DNA of 64,000 nt, from the NCBI GenBank assembly GCA_963822445.1, contig CAWGHO010000002.1:2080001-2144000 (forward strand). The letters are read 5' to 3'. Positions 11,736-21,928 of this stretch are shown piece by piece. Source of the stretch: an uncultured Acidobacteriota bacterium (GTDB lineage: Bacteria; Acidobacteriota; Thermoanaerobaculia; Gp7-AA8). The translations under genes and the position numbers were made by a program. The notes under the pieces were generated by a model. It searched no databases. It worked only from the letters and a program-made list of their open reading frames with translations, and was not told the DNA's origin. Every line of letters begins with the position of its first letter. Position 1 is the stretch's first letter.

Positions 11736-12107
11736 TTACTTATTCGTGCACAGCCGGATATCCGCGATCAACTGCGCCATGTCGAACGGTTTGGCGTGGA
11801 TGCGGTAGACCGGGGCGTTGAAGCGCTTGAGGATCTCGCTCTCCGGGACGGCTGAGGCGATGATCGTGCAGTTCAGCTTTTCCGGATGGTGCTGCTGCAT
11901 GTGCTTGAGCACGCCGTAGCCGTCGACGCGGGGCATCATCAGGTCGAGCAGGATCACCGAGTAGCCGTCCTCGTCGATCCGCTCGATGGCCTCTTCGCCG
12001 TCGCGGGCCGTGTGCACCTCGAGGTCCTGGCGCTCCACTACTTTGGCCAGCATGGTCCGGATCGGATCGTCGTCGTCGACGATCAGGGCTCGTTTGCGCT
12101 CGGTCAC
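11736..12107 (-). CDS. Single-domain response regulator
   Basis: LIVDDD, LDLMMP phosphoacceptor and KPF. Confidence 0.9.
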   Translation of the reverse strand: MTERKRALIVDDDDPIRTMLAKVVERQDLEVHTARDGEEAIERIDEDGYSVILLDLMMPRVDGYGVLKHMQQHHPEKLNCTIIASAVPESEILKRFNAPVYRIHAKPFDMAQLIADIRLCTNK

Positions 12108-12117
12108 GAGCTGAACG

Positions 12118-12405
12118 TTATGTCAGAGCGGCAACCAGCGCAAACGGAATCGCGAGGACGACCGCGGCGATGGCCAGGGGGATGATCACCGCGATGATCG
12201 CGGCGAAAATCGCCGCCCCGACGGCGAAGAGCACGCCGACCTTCACCAGGACGATCACCGCCAGCACCGGCAACAGCAGGAACTTGAGCGGGATGAGCAC
12301 CAGGTCGACGGCGAACTTCACCGCCGAGAAGGCGAGCACCACTCCGGCGACGGCCACCACGACGCCGACGGCAACCACGGCGAGAAGTGCGAGCAGCTCG
12401 AACAT
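12118..12405 (-). CDS. Small hydrophobic membrane protein
   Basis: GGAGG RBS before ATG at 12405; almost entirely hydrophobic 95 aa. Confidence 0.7.
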   Translation of the reverse strand: MFELLALLAVVAVGVVVAVAGVVLAFSAVKFAVDLVLIPLKFLLLPVLAVIVLVKVGVLFAVGAAIFAAIIAVIIPLAIAAVVLAIPFALVAALT

Positions 12406-12427
12406 GAGCAACCTCCGTTTGCGGTGA

Positions 12428-12452
12428 TACGGAGGCACGCCGCCGGGGTTTC
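12428..12452 (-). promoter_or_regulatory. Putative ECF (SigW-like) promoter GAAAC-N16-CGTA
   Basis: Minus strand reads GAAAC-cccggcggcgtgcctc-CGTA just upstream of the small membrane protein gene. Confidence 0.5.
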
Positions 12453-13456
12453 TACGCCGGCATGGCTCCAACGTAAACGCTCTGCGGCCGGATGATCCGG
12501 CCCACGGCACGCTGCTCCGCGCAGTGCGCCAGCCAGCCCACCACCCGCCCGATGGCGAAGGTCGGGGTGAACAGCTGCACTTCCAGGCCGAGGCCGTGGA
12601 GGAGGAGGGCGGTGTAGAACTCGACGTTCGTCTGCAGCCTGCGGCCGGGTTTGTACTCCTCCAGCAGGCGGAGGGCCGTCGCTTCGACGGCGCGGGCCAG
12701 CTCGTACAGTTTCATGTCGCCGGCGCGGGTGAACAGCCGGTGCGCCGCGGCCGCGAACACGTCCGCGCGCGGATCGCGGACCTTGTACACGCGATGCCCG
12801 AAGCCCATCAGCCGCTCGCCGGACTCGATCTTCCGCCGCAGAGAGGCCTCCGCGCGCGAGGCCTCGCCGATCTCGAAGACCATGTCCAGAGCCGGTCCCG
12901 GCGCGCCGCCGTGCAGCGGCCCTTTCAGCGCGCCGATGGCGCCGGTGATCGCCGAAACGAGGTCGGAGCCGGTCGAGGCGATGACCCGCGCGGTGAACGT
13001 GGATGCGTTCAGCCCGTGATCGACGACCGTGTTCAGATACGTCTCCAGCCCGCGCAGCAGCTCCTCGTGCGGCTCGACGCCGTTGAGCATGTACAGATAG
13101 TTCGCCGCAAACCCGAGATCCTCACGCGGCGCGATCGGCTCCTGCCCGTTCCTTAACCGCCAGTACGCCGCGACGATCGTCGGAAACATCCCGGCGATGT
13201 TTTTCTCGTCAGTCAAGGCCGCGACACCCATCCTCAACGCATCCATCCCATCGGAAGCGCTGCCGAGCAGCGCTCTGGACTGCGGCGGCAAAGCCGCCGC
13301 TCTCACTTCGACGCCCAGCAGGGCCGCGACCCTCTCAAACGACCACGAGGAAAGCTCCTCCACCCGATACCCGCCAATCACCAGCACCCCGCGCTCCCCA
13401 TCCACCATGCTCAACTTCGTCTCCGCCGCGACCACGCCTTCCAGTCCGCTGTTCAT
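12452..13456 (-). CDS. Citrate synthase / 2-methylcitrate synthase family protein
   Basis: MNSGLEGVVAAET start; DHGLNASTF, GPLHGGA, GFGHRVYK and NVEFY motifs. Confidence 0.9.
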   Translation of the reverse strand: MNSGLEGVVAAETKLSMVDGERGVLVIGGYRVEELSSWSFERVAALLGVEVRAAALPPQSRALLGSASDGMDALRMGVAALTDEKNIAGMFPTIVAAYWRLRNGQEPIAPREDLGFAANYLYMLNGVEPHEELLRGLETYLNTVVDHGLNASTFTARVIASTGSDLVSAITGAIGALKGPLHGGAPGPALDMVFEIGEASRAEASLRRKIESGERLMGFGHRVYKVRDPRADVFAAAAHRLFTRAGDMKLYELARAVEATALRLLEEYKPGRRLQTNVEFYTALLLHGLGLEVQLFTPTFAIGRVVGWLAHCAEQRAVGRIIRPQSVYVGAMPA

Positions 13457-13475
13457 ACAGGGAAACATGAACTCG

Positions 13476-13511
13476 ATTGACAAAGACGTCAATGTTGATC
13501 GTAGAATCAAC
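13476..13511. promoter_or_regulatory. Two abutting 18-bp palindromic operators overlapping a TTGACA-N19-TAGAAT promoter
   Basis: ATTGAC-N6-GTCAAT (13476-13493) and GTTGAT-N6-ATCAAC (13494-13511); -35 at 13477-13482, -10 at 13502-13507. Confidence 0.75.
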
Positions 13512-14714
13512 ATGATGGCTCGCACGGAATGGATCTCCGCCGCCGAGGCAACGCGTCTCCTGAAGGTGAGCCGGGCCACGCTGTACGCGTACGTCAGCCG
13601 GCGCCTGGTGCGTTCGGAGGCGGTGCCGGGGCGCTCGCGGGAGCGGCGGTATGCGCGGGAAGACGTGGAGCGCCTGCGCAGCCGCGCCGAGGAGCGTCGC
13701 AATCCCGGGAAAGCGGCGGAGCATGCCTTGCGGTGGGGCGTGCCGGTGCTGGAGTCGGCGATCACCCTCATCGCCGGCGGAAAGCTGTTCTACCGCGGCC
13801 ATGACGCGGCGGAGCTCGCGCGCACGCGGTCGCTGGAAGAAGTCGCGGCCCTGCTCTGGGCGGGTGATTTTGCCGCGGATGTCTTCGATACGCCGCTCCA
13901 TGTGATCGCCGGCCGCGCCAGCACCGCCGACCTGCCGTTCGTGAATCGTGCACAGTCGGTTTTGCCGCTCGTCGCGGCGCGTGATGCCGTCGCGTTCGAC
14001 CTCCGCCCTCGCGCCGTCGCCCAGACCGGCTGGCGGATCATGAACCTGCTGACCAGCGTCGCCGCGTCGACGCAGGAGCTCGAGCCGACCATCGAGGAGA
14101 CGCTGGCCAGCCGCTGGGGAAGCAAAGACGCGAACGCGCCCACGTTGCTGCGCGCGGCGCTGATCCTCTGCGCCGATCACGAGCTCAACGTCTCCGCCTT
14201 CACCGCCCGCTGCGTAGCCTCGGCCGCCGCGAATCCGTACGCCGTCGTCATCGCCGGGCTGGCCGCGCTTGAAGGAACGAAGCATGGCGGCGCGACGCGA
14301 AGAATCGAGGCTTTGTACGACGAGGTCCGCCGCTCGCGCGACCTTCGCAAGGCGCTGGCCGAGCGACTCCGTCGCGGCGAGAGCATCGAAGGCTTCGGCC
14401 ATCCCCTCTATCCCGACGGCGATCCGCGCGCGACGCTGTTGCTGTCACTGCTCGCCGAGCATTACCCGAAGTCGAAGGAGATCGCCTTTGCCCGCGCGTT
14501 TCTCGAAGCCGCGGACTCGCTTCTCGGCGAGCAGCCGAACGTCGATTTCGCGCTGGTGGTCGTCGCGCGCGTGCTGGCGCTGCCGCCCGATGCGGCGCTG
14601 GCCATCTTCGCCATCGGCCGGACCATCGGCTGGATCGCGCACGCCATCGAGCAGTACGCGCAGAACGCGATGATCAGGCCGAGGGCAAAGTACGTGGGGC
14701 CGGCGCCGCGCTAG
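13512..14714 (+). CDS. HTH-citrate synthase fusion (probable metabolite-sensing regulator)
   Basis: N-terminal excisionase/MerR-like HTH (SAAEATRLLKVSRATLYAYVSR) followed by a citrate synthase fold (DHELNVS, KHGG, GFGHPLY, NVDF). Confidence 0.85.
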   Translation: MMARTEWISAAEATRLLKVSRATLYAYVSRRLVRSEAVPGRSRERRYAREDVERLRSRAEERRNPGKAAEHALRWGVPVLESAITLIAGGKLFYRGHDAAELARTRSLEEVAALLWAGDFAADVFDTPLHVIAGRASTADLPFVNRAQSVLPLVAARDAVAFDLRPRAVAQTGWRIMNLLTSVAASTQELEPTIEETLASRWGSKDANAPTLLRAALILCADHELNVSAFTARCVASAAANPYAVVIAGLAALEGTKHGGATRRIEALYDEVRRSRDLRKALAERLRRGESIEGFGHPLYPDGDPRATLLLSLLAEHYPKSKEIAFARAFLEAADSLLGEQPNVDFALVVVARVLALPPDAALAIFAIGRTIGWIAHAIEQYAQNAMIRPRAKYVGPAPR

Positions 14715-16078
14715 AGCTTCGCCACGTTCTCGAAATACCGGACGAACGCCGCGATCCCGCCGCTGGCCTGCTGCCAGTCGTAGTTCTCGTTCGGCGCGTG
14801 GTAGCCGTGCTCGGGCAAAGAGAGGCCGAGGAACATCACCGGCGATTCGAGGACCTGCTCCATCGAGATCACCGCGCCGATCGATCCGCCTTCGCGCACG
14901 AAGACCGGCTCGCGTCCGAACGCGAACTTCATCGCGTCCTTCACCGCATCCGCGAGAGGCCCTTCCGTCGGAGCTTTGTAGGGATACATCGAGTTCTCGA
15001 CCTCGACCTTCACGTCCGCGGAGCGCTCTTTGATGAACGCCTTGATGATCTTCTGCAGTTTCTTCGGATCCTGATTCGGCACGAGCCGGAAGGAGACTTT
15101 CACCTCCGCGCGCGGAGGGATGACGGTCTTGATGCCCGGACCGGTGTAGCCGCCGACCATGCCGTGGATCTCCATCGTGGGCATGGCCCAGATGCGCTTC
15201 ATCACGTCCATCGGGTTGTCGCTGCGAATCGATTTGAAGAGGTGGTCTTTCTTGAACTGCTTGATGGAGAAGCCGGACTCGCGGAAGTCCTTCAGCTCGG
15301 CTTTCGTGGGCGGCTCGACATCGTCATAGAAGCCTTTGATCTTCACCCTGCCGGTGCGGGCGTCGTGCATCGCGGAGACGAGTTGCATCAGCTCGCCGAG
15401 CGGGTTGCGCGCCGCGCCGCCGGTGACGCCGGAGTGCTGGTCGGTCGCGCCCGTTTCCAGCGACAGCGTGAATCCCTGCAATCCGCGCAGACCCGCCGGG
15501 CAGGCCGGCCGCGAGCGCGAGACCCAGATCGTGTCCGACACCAGGATGTGATCGGTGGCCAGAGCATTCACATGTTTCTTGATCCCGCTCTCGAAGTTCG
15601 GCGAGCCGATCTCCTCTTCGAGCTCCCAGAGCACGTTGAGATTCAGCGGCACTCCCGCTTCACGCGCGGCACGAATGCCCCAGAGCGCGCTAAGCGCCGG
15701 GCCTTTGTCGTCCGTCGTGCCGCGTCCGAAATAGCGATCGCCTTCTTTGGTGAAGGTGAAAGGCTCGGTGTTCCAGGGCTCGGTCTCCTTCGACGCCGGC
15801 TGCACGTCGAGGTGGTTGTAGACGGTGAGCGTCGGCAGTTTTTTGCCGGCCTTGAAGCGCCCATGCACGATGGGATAGCCGTCGGTCTGGAGGATCTTCG
15901 GCTCGCCGCCGAAATCGCGGATCTGTTGCGCGGCCGCGTCGGCGCAGCGGCGGATGTCGGCTTTGCGTTCCGGTTCGGCTGAGACCGACGGAATCTCGAC
16001 GAGTTGTTTGAGGGTGGCTTCGAATTGATCGCGCTCGGACCTGGCCCAGGCCAACAGCGACTTCTTATCGGTTTTCAT
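14711..16078 (-). CDS. M20 family metallo-dipeptidase
   Basis: YNHLDVQP, GRGTTDDKG, EEEIGS and HAPNE motifs. Confidence 0.92.
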   Translation of the reverse strand: MKTDKKSLLAWARSERDQFEATLKQLVEIPSVSAEPERKADIRRCADAAAQQIRDFGGEPKILQTDGYPIVHGRFKAGKKLPTLTVYNHLDVQPASKETEPWNTEPFTFTKEGDRYFGRGTTDDKGPALSALWGIRAAREAGVPLNLNVLWELEEEIGSPNFESGIKKHVNALATDHILVSDTIWVSRSRPACPAGLRGLQGFTLSLETGATDQHSGVTGGAARNPLGELMQLVSAMHDARTGRVKIKGFYDDVEPPTKAELKDFRESGFSIKQFKKDHLFKSIRSDNPMDVMKRIWAMPTMEIHGMVGGYTGPGIKTVIPPRAEVKVSFRLVPNQDPKKLQKIIKAFIKERSADVKVEVENSMYPYKAPTEGPLADAVKDAMKFAFGREPVFVREGGSIGAVISMEQVLESPVMFLGLSLPEHGYHAPNENYDWQQASGGIAAFVRYFENVAKL

Positions 16079-16091
16079 CGCGGCGGATCAT

Positions 16092-16154
16092 AGGCGCAAA
16101 GGCTCAGAGGCTCAAAGGCTCAAAGCTTCTTTGTGCCTTTGAGCCCTTGCGCCT
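16092..16154. repeat. Octamer-repeat hairpin between ggt and the M20 gene
   Basis: Four AGGC(T/G)CA(A/G) units followed by three inverted TTG(A/T/C)GCC(T/C) units. Confidence 0.65.
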
Positions 16155-16157
16155 TGC

Positions 16158-17848
16158 CTACCACCCGGCTGCCGCCCCATCCCGTCGCGAGTCCGCGCCG
16201 CCCAGCCGCATCCCCGTCTTCAGGTCGATCATCACCGCCGTCGCTTCGCCAATCCCGAGCGATTCCGGTTTCTCGCGGAACTTGTGGCCCATCGCTTCGA
16301 GTTTGGCGCGCGTGTCGGGATTGATGCCGAACGGCTCCCAGTAGATCTCGTCCGGCATCCACTGATGATGAACGCGCGCCGCTTCGATGGCCTGATCGGG
16401 GTTCATCCCGAAGTCGACCACGTTCAACACGAACTGCAGAACCGTGTTGATGATGCGCGGGCCGCCCGGGCTGCCGACGGCGAACCAGGGCTTGCCGTCC
16501 TTCACCGCGATGATCGGCGACATCGAGGACAGCGGCCGTTTGTACGGGGCAATCGCGTTCTGCGTTCCCTGAATGAGCTGGAACTCGTTCGGCACTCCAG
16601 GCTTCACCGTGAAGTCGTCCATGTCGTCGTTCATCAGGAAGCCGGCACCGGTGACGGTCACGCCGTTCCCGAACCAGTTGTTGATCGTGTACGTGTTCGA
16701 CACGATCGTTCCCTCGCTGTCGATCACGCCGAAATGCGCGGTCTCGGACGGCTCGCTCAGCGGTTCACCTGCGCGAATCTCTTTCGACGACGAGGCCTTG
16801 TTCGGATCGATGGTCGTCCGTCGCTTCGCCGCGTACTCCTTCGAGATCAGCCCGGCCACCGGCACGTTCGCGAAATCGGGATCGGCCACGAACTCCGCGC
16901 GATCAGCAAACGCCCGCCGCATGGCTTCGACGAGCGTGTGAATGTACGCCGCCGAATGCCAGCCCATGGCCTCGAGGTCGTAGGCCTCGAGGATGTTGAG
17001 CATTTCCAGCAAGGTGGTTCCGCCGGACGACGGCGGCGGCAGCGTCAGCAGCTCCACACCGCGATACGTTCCGCGGACCGGTTTGCGCACGATGGGCTGG
17101 TATTTTTTCAGATCCTCCATCGTCAGCAGGCCGCCGCCTTTCACCGCTTCGGCCACGATCTTCCGCGCCGTCGCTCCTTCGTAGAACTCGCGCGGGTCGG
17201 CTTTGATCCTCGCCAGCGTCGCTGCGAGCTCCGGTTGCACGAACTTCTCACCCGGCTCGTAGTACTTGCCGTCGCGCAGAAAGATGCGGCGCGTTTCAGG
17301 CGTGAGCTCGAGGCGTTTCAGCGAGGACTCGAATGTCATCGAGCGCGCGAGAAAGTCGCTGACCAGGAACCCTTCCGCGGCGAGCTTCCGCGCCGGCTCG
17401 ACGACCTCTTCCCATTTCAGTTTCCCGTGGCGCTGATGGGCCAGGCGGAAGCCGGCGATGGTTCCCGGAACGGCCGACGCTTTGTGACCGTAGGTCGAAA
17501 GGCCAGGAATCACGTTTCCCTGTTCGTCGAGGAACATGTCCCGCCGCGCGGCCCTGGGCGCGGTGCCGCGGTAATCGATCACTTCCGTGGTCCCGTCGGC
17601 TTTCCGGATGAGCATGAAACCGCCGCCGCCGATGTTTCCCGCCGCCGGCCAGGTCACGGCCAGAGCCAGCCCCGTCGCGATCGCCGCATCGACCGCGTTG
17701 CCCCCTTTTTCATCACTTCGATGCCCGCCCGGGAGGCCGCATCGCTGGTCGAGGAGACCATGGCCCGCTTGCCTCGAACGGGGTCGCGGGAGTCGGCCAG
17801 AAGGGGGACGGTGACGGCGAGGAGCAGGAAGGCACCGAGGCGTTTCAT
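16158..17848 (-). CDS. ggt: Gamma-glutamyltransferase; frameshift in a G homopolymer near 17703
   Basis: Signal peptide MKRLGAFLL in one frame; GGNAVDAA, SETAHF (catalytic Thr), RPLSSMSP and GSPGG in the other. One extra G in AAG GGG GGC would restore the frame. Confidence 0.88.
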
Positions 17849-17916
17849 CGCGGCGAAGTGTACCCGTTGCGTGCAGAGGCGGATCGTCGTAGATTGATGC
17901 CCGGTCCACACCGCTC

Positions 17917-18270
17917 ATGACTGAAAAAATCTCGATGAAAGCGATCAAGCGGAGCAGCCGCTATCGCGTCGTGCTCAATGTGCCGGTGAAGCTCGGCCTC
18001 AAGGACGGAACCCTCGTCGACGTGAGCGAAGTCGGCGCGCTGGTCACTCATGAAGGCGCCTTGAAGAACGGCACCGAGACGAACATGACCTTCACTTACG
18101 AGAACAAGAAGTTCTTCGGCAAAGTGAAGATCGGTTCCTGCGGCGTGGTCGGACTGGGCGCGGGGCAGAAGGGCACGACCCTGTTCGCGTCGCGCCTGTA
18201 CTACACGGAGAACCTGCCCGAGGAGTCGAAGCAGATCATCGAGTCGATCCTCAATCCGCCGGAAGATTGA
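17917..18270 (+). CDS. PilZ-domain protein
   Basis: RSSRYR (RxxxR-like) and DVSEVG (DxSxxG) motifs. Confidence 0.65.
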   Translation: MTEKISMKAIKRSSRYRVVLNVPVKLGLKDGTLVDVSEVGALVTHEGALKNGTETNMTFTYENKKFFGKVKIGSCGVVGLGAGQKGTTLFASRLYYTENLPEESKQIIESILNPPED

Positions 18271-18273
18271 GCG

Positions 18274-19446
18274 TCACGAACGGTAATCGGCGTTCAGGCT
18301 GACGTAGTCGTGGCCGAAGTCGCTCGACAGCACCACCGCCCGCCCGTTTCCACCGCCCAGGTCGACGTGTAGCGGCACCCGCTCGCGCGAGAACACCTTG
18401 GCCGCGTCTTTCTCGCGATAGGCCGCGGGCTCTCCGTTGACGACCAGCTTCACCTGACCCGCGGTCAGCGAGATTTTCTTCAGTGAGAAACGCGCGCCGC
18501 TGCGGCCGACCGCGGCCAGGATGCGGCCCCAGTTCGGATCTCCGCCGTGAAGCGCGGTCTTGACGAGCGGCGAAGTGGCGATCGCGTGCGCGGCGAGCTT
18601 CGCGTCCCGCTCCGTTTTCGCGCCGGTGACCTCGACTTCCATCACCCGGATCGCGCCTTCGCCGTCGCGGACGATCATCCACGCCAGCTCGCGGCAGATC
18701 TTGTCGAGCGCGCGCTGGAAGTCGGTCAGGTCGGCGCTGCTGGCGTTGTCGAGTTTCCCCGAGGCCAGGAGCAGGACCGTGTCGTTCGTCGAGGTGTCGC
18801 CGTCGACGGAGATCGAGTTGAAGCTTTGATCGACGGCGACCTTCAGCGCGCGCTGTAATGCGCCCGGTGCGACGTTCGCGTCGGTCATCACGAACGCGAG
18901 CATCGTGGCCATGTTCGGATGGATCATGCCCGCGCCTTTCGCGACTCCCACGAGACGCCCGCGCTTGCCGCCGAGGGTGAAGGTGGCCTGGGCGACTTTC
19001 GGGCCGACGTCGGTGGTGAGGATCGCGTGGGAGAGCGCGTCCACGCCGCCGCTGGACAGCCGGTTGACCGCGGCCGGCAGGAACTGGGTGACCTTTCTGT
19101 CCGGCAGCACGACGCCGATCACGCCCGTCGACGCGAGAAAGATCTCCTCCTCGGCGCACCGCAGAATCTCGGCGGCTTTCTCACGCACGCGCCTGGCCGC
19201 GTCGAGGCCGTCCTTGCCGGTCACCGCGTTCGCGCAGCCTGCGTTGACCACGACCGCTTTCACGCGTCCGCCGCTCTTCTTCAGGGCGGCCTTCGACAAC
19301 ACGACCGGCGCCGCCTGAAACCTGTTCTGGGTGAAGACGGCAGCCGCGTTCGCGCCGTTCTCCGCCACGATCAGGCCGAGGTCGGGGCGCTTCTTGCGAA
19401 TACCGGCGCGGACGCCGGAGGCGACAAAGCCGCGAGGCAGCTTCAC
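18274..19446 (-). CDS. argJ: Bifunctional ornithine acetyltransferase
   Basis: KGAGMIHPNMATML, DTSTND, RDGEGA and DPNWGRI motifs. Confidence 0.96.
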   Translation of the reverse strand: MKLPRGFVASGVRAGIRKKRPDLGLIVAENGANAAAVFTQNRFQAAPVVLSKAALKKSGGRVKAVVVNAGCANAVTGKDGLDAARRVREKAAEILRCAEEEIFLASTGVIGVVLPDRKVTQFLPAAVNRLSSGGVDALSHAILTTDVGPKVAQATFTLGGKRGRLVGVAKGAGMIHPNMATMLAFVMTDANVAPGALQRALKVAVDQSFNSISVDGDTSTNDTVLLLASGKLDNASSADLTDFQRALDKICRELAWMIVRDGEGAIRVMEVEVTGAKTERDAKLAAHAIATSPLVKTALHGGDPNWGRILAAVGRSGARFSLKKISLTAGQVKLVVNGEPAAYREKDAAKVFSRERVPLHVDLGGGNGRAVVLSSDFGHDYVSLNADYRS

Positions 19447-20708
19447 TTCAAGAGCTCCAGCGCCGCGGCCTTCACCCGATCGGGATTCGTCCCGCCGAGA
19501 ACGTTCTTCTTCGCCAGCACGGTGTCGACGCTGTTCTTCGACGAGCCGAAGTCACGGCTCACGATCTCGTGCGCCTCGCGGAACGGCACGCCCTTCGCCG
19601 CCAGTTCATCGGCGGCATCAGTGGCGAGCAACAACGGGCTTGCCGCTGCGGCGCGCATGCGGTCGTGATTCACCTTCAGTCCTGCGATCAGCGCGGTCAG
19701 CGCCGGCAACAGAATGGCCAGCATCGTCCGCGTGCGGAACAGCGGCTCCTTGTCGAGCTGCAGATCTTTGTTGTACGCGAGCGGCAATCCCTTGAGCAGC
19801 GCCAGGAATCCGGTCAGCTCGCCGATGGACCGCGCCGCATGGCCGCGCGCGAGCTCGAGCACGTCCGGATTCTTCTTCTGGGGCATGCGCGAGGAACCGG
19901 TGGCGAGCGAGTCCGGCAGCTCGGCGTAATTCGCCTCGTCGCTGGTGATGAAGATCAGATCCTCGGCGAACCGCGACAGGTGCGTGAGCAGCAGCGACGC
20001 CGCGAAGAGGTACTCCGCGGCGAAATCGCGATCGGAAACGCCGTCGAGCGAGTTGCGCGTCGCCCGGGCAAAGCCGAGGGACTTCGCCAGACGCTCGCGG
20101 TCGATGGGCAGGGGAGTGCCGGCCAGCGCGCCGGAGCCGAGCGGGCATTCATCGCCGCGCGATTTCGCATCGGCGATGCGCGAGGCATCGCGCGTGAGCA
20201 TCTCCGCGTACGCGAGACACCAGTGCCCGAACGTGACCGGCTCGGCCTGTTTGAGATGCGTGTAGCCGGGCATCGGCGTCGCCGCTTCGTCGAGCGCCTT
20301 CTGCGCGACGGCCTTGATCAGCGAGTTCACCAGGGAGCTGGCGTCGTCGCAGGCTTTCTTCAGCCAGAGCTTGAGATCGGTGGCGACCTGATCGTTGCGG
20401 GAGCGGCCGGTGTGCAGTTTCCCGGCGAGTGTGCCGAGGGTTTCGCGGAGCTGCTCCTCGACGAACGAGTGCACGTCCTCGTACTCGCCGTCGACGAAGG
20501 TGATCATCTGCAGGCCGGAAACGAGCGCGCTCACCTCATCCGAAGTGAGCACGCCCGAAGCCCCGAGCTCCTGCGCCCACGCGATCGAGCCCTCCACGTC
20601 TTCCGCGAGCAGCTCGCGGTCGAACGCAAAGGAGTCGTTCAGCGCGCGCAGCAGCGCCGAGGGACCCTCACTGAAACGCCCGCCCCACATCGTCATTTCT
20701 TCGACCAT
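19443..20708 (-). CDS. argH: Argininosuccinate lyase
   Basis: [27 protein letters not shown] and YNKDLQ motifs. Confidence 0.95.
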   Translation of the reverse strand: MVEEMTMWGGRFSEGPSALLRALNDSFAFDRELLAEDVEGSIAWAQELGASGVLTSDEVSALVSGLQMITFVDGEYEDVHSFVEEQLRETLGTLAGKLHTGRSRNDQVATDLKLWLKKACDDASSLVNSLIKAVAQKALDEAATPMPGYTHLKQAEPVTFGHWCLAYAEMLTRDASRIADAKSRGDECPLGSGALAGTPLPIDRERLAKSLGFARATRNSLDGVSDRDFAAEYLFAASLLLTHLSRFAEDLIFITSDEANYAELPDSLATGSSRMPQKKNPDVLELARGHAARSIGELTGFLALLKGLPLAYNKDLQLDKEPLFRTRTMLAILLPALTALIAGLKVNHDRMRAAAASPLLLATDAADELAAKGVPFREAHEIVSRDFGSSKNSVDTVLAKKNVLGGTNPDRVKAAALELLK

Positions 20709-21928
20709 CCTCCATTCGCCTTCTGAACGCTCTCCACGTCCATCGGCGAGAGCCGCTTCCGGCCGCGCAACTGCAGGCCGAACAGCTTGATGAAGCCGGC
20801 CGAATCAGTGACGTCGTAGCCGGTCATGTCGAACGAGGCCAGGTTCTGCTGGTACAGCGAGTACTGCGACTCTCGTCCGATCACGGTCGCGTTGCCTTTG
20901 TAGAGCTTCAGCGTGACCGAGCCGGTGACCGTCTCGCACAACGAATTCACGAACGCGTCGTAGGCCTCGCGCAGCGGCGAGAACCACTGCCCGTTGTAAA
21001 CCAGCTCCGCGTAACGCGTGGCCATCCGCTCTTTCTCGTGCGCCGAGTCGCGATCGAGCACGATCGACTCCAGCGCTTTCAATGCGCTCACCAGAAGCGT
21101 TCCGCCCGGCGTTTCGTACACGCCGCGGGACTTGATGCCGATCAGGCGATTCTCGACGATGTCCGCCCGGCCGACGCCGTGCCTGCCGCCGATCTCGTTC
21201 AGCGTCTGCACCAGCTTCGCCGGCGAGAGCTTCACGCCGTTGACCGCGACCGGGTAGCCCTCTTCGAAGGTGATGGTCACCTTCTCCGGCTCGTTCGGCG
21301 CGTCCATCGGATCCGTGGTCAGCTTGAACATCGACGCTTCCGGCTCGAACATCGGGTCCTCGAGCGGCCCGCCTTCGTGCGACAGATGCCAGAGGTTGCG
21401 ATCGCGCGAGTACGGATCTTTCTTCGTGACCGGCACCGGAATGCCGCGCGCGGCCGCGTAGTCGATCGCGTCTTCACGCGAGACGATGTCCCACTCGCGC
21501 CACGGCGCGACGATCTCCAGCTCCGGCGCGAGCGCCTGATAGGCGAGCTCGAACCGCACCTGATCGTTGCCCTTGCCCGTGCAACCGTGCGCGAGCGCAT
21601 CGCAGCCGGTGGCCAGGGCGATCTCGACCTGCTTGCGCGCGATGAGCGGGCGGGCGGTGGAGGTGCCGAGGAGGTAGTCGTGCTCGTAAATCGCGCCGGC
21701 TTTGAGAACCGGGAAGAGGTACTCCGCGGCGAACTCCTCCTTCGCGTCGACGAGGTGGAAGTCACACGCGCCGGTCGAATACGCCTTCTGCGCGAGACCG
21801 GTGGTCTCCTCGGCCTGACCGACGTCGACGGCCACCGCCACCACGTCGCAGCCGTAGTTCTCCTTCAGCCAGGAAATGATGATGGAGGTATCGAGACCTC
21901 CCGAATACGCCAGGGCGACCTTTTTCAC
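20693..21928 (-). CDS. argG: Argininosuccinate synthase
   Basis: [24 protein letters not shown] and [10 protein letters not shown] motifs. Confidence 0.97.
   Translation of the reverse strand: MKKVALAYSGGLDTSIIISWLKENYGCDVVAVAVDVGQAEETTGLAQKAYSTGACDFHLVDAKEEFAAEYLFPVLKAGAIYEHDYLLGTSTARPLIARKQVEIALATGCDALAHGCTGKGNDQVRFELAYQALAPELEIVAPWREWDIVSREDAIDYAAARGIPVPVTKKDPYSRDRNLWHLSHEGGPLEDPMFEPEASMFKLTTDPMDAPNEPEKVTITFEEGYPVAVNGVKLSPAKLVQTLNEIGGRHGVGRADIVENRLIGIKSRGVYETPGGTLLVSALKALESIVLDRDSAHEKERMATRYAELVYNGQWFSPLREAYDAFVNSLCETVTGSVTLKLYKGNATVIGRESQYSLYQQNLASFDMTGYDVTDSAGFIKLFGLQLRGRKRLSPMDVESVQKANGGWSKK

Noticed and set aside
17695-17712. Programmed frameshift or phase variation in ggt (A5G5 run)
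   Set aside because: The run is short, there is no supporting stimulatory element, and other indels in the window suggest assembly error.
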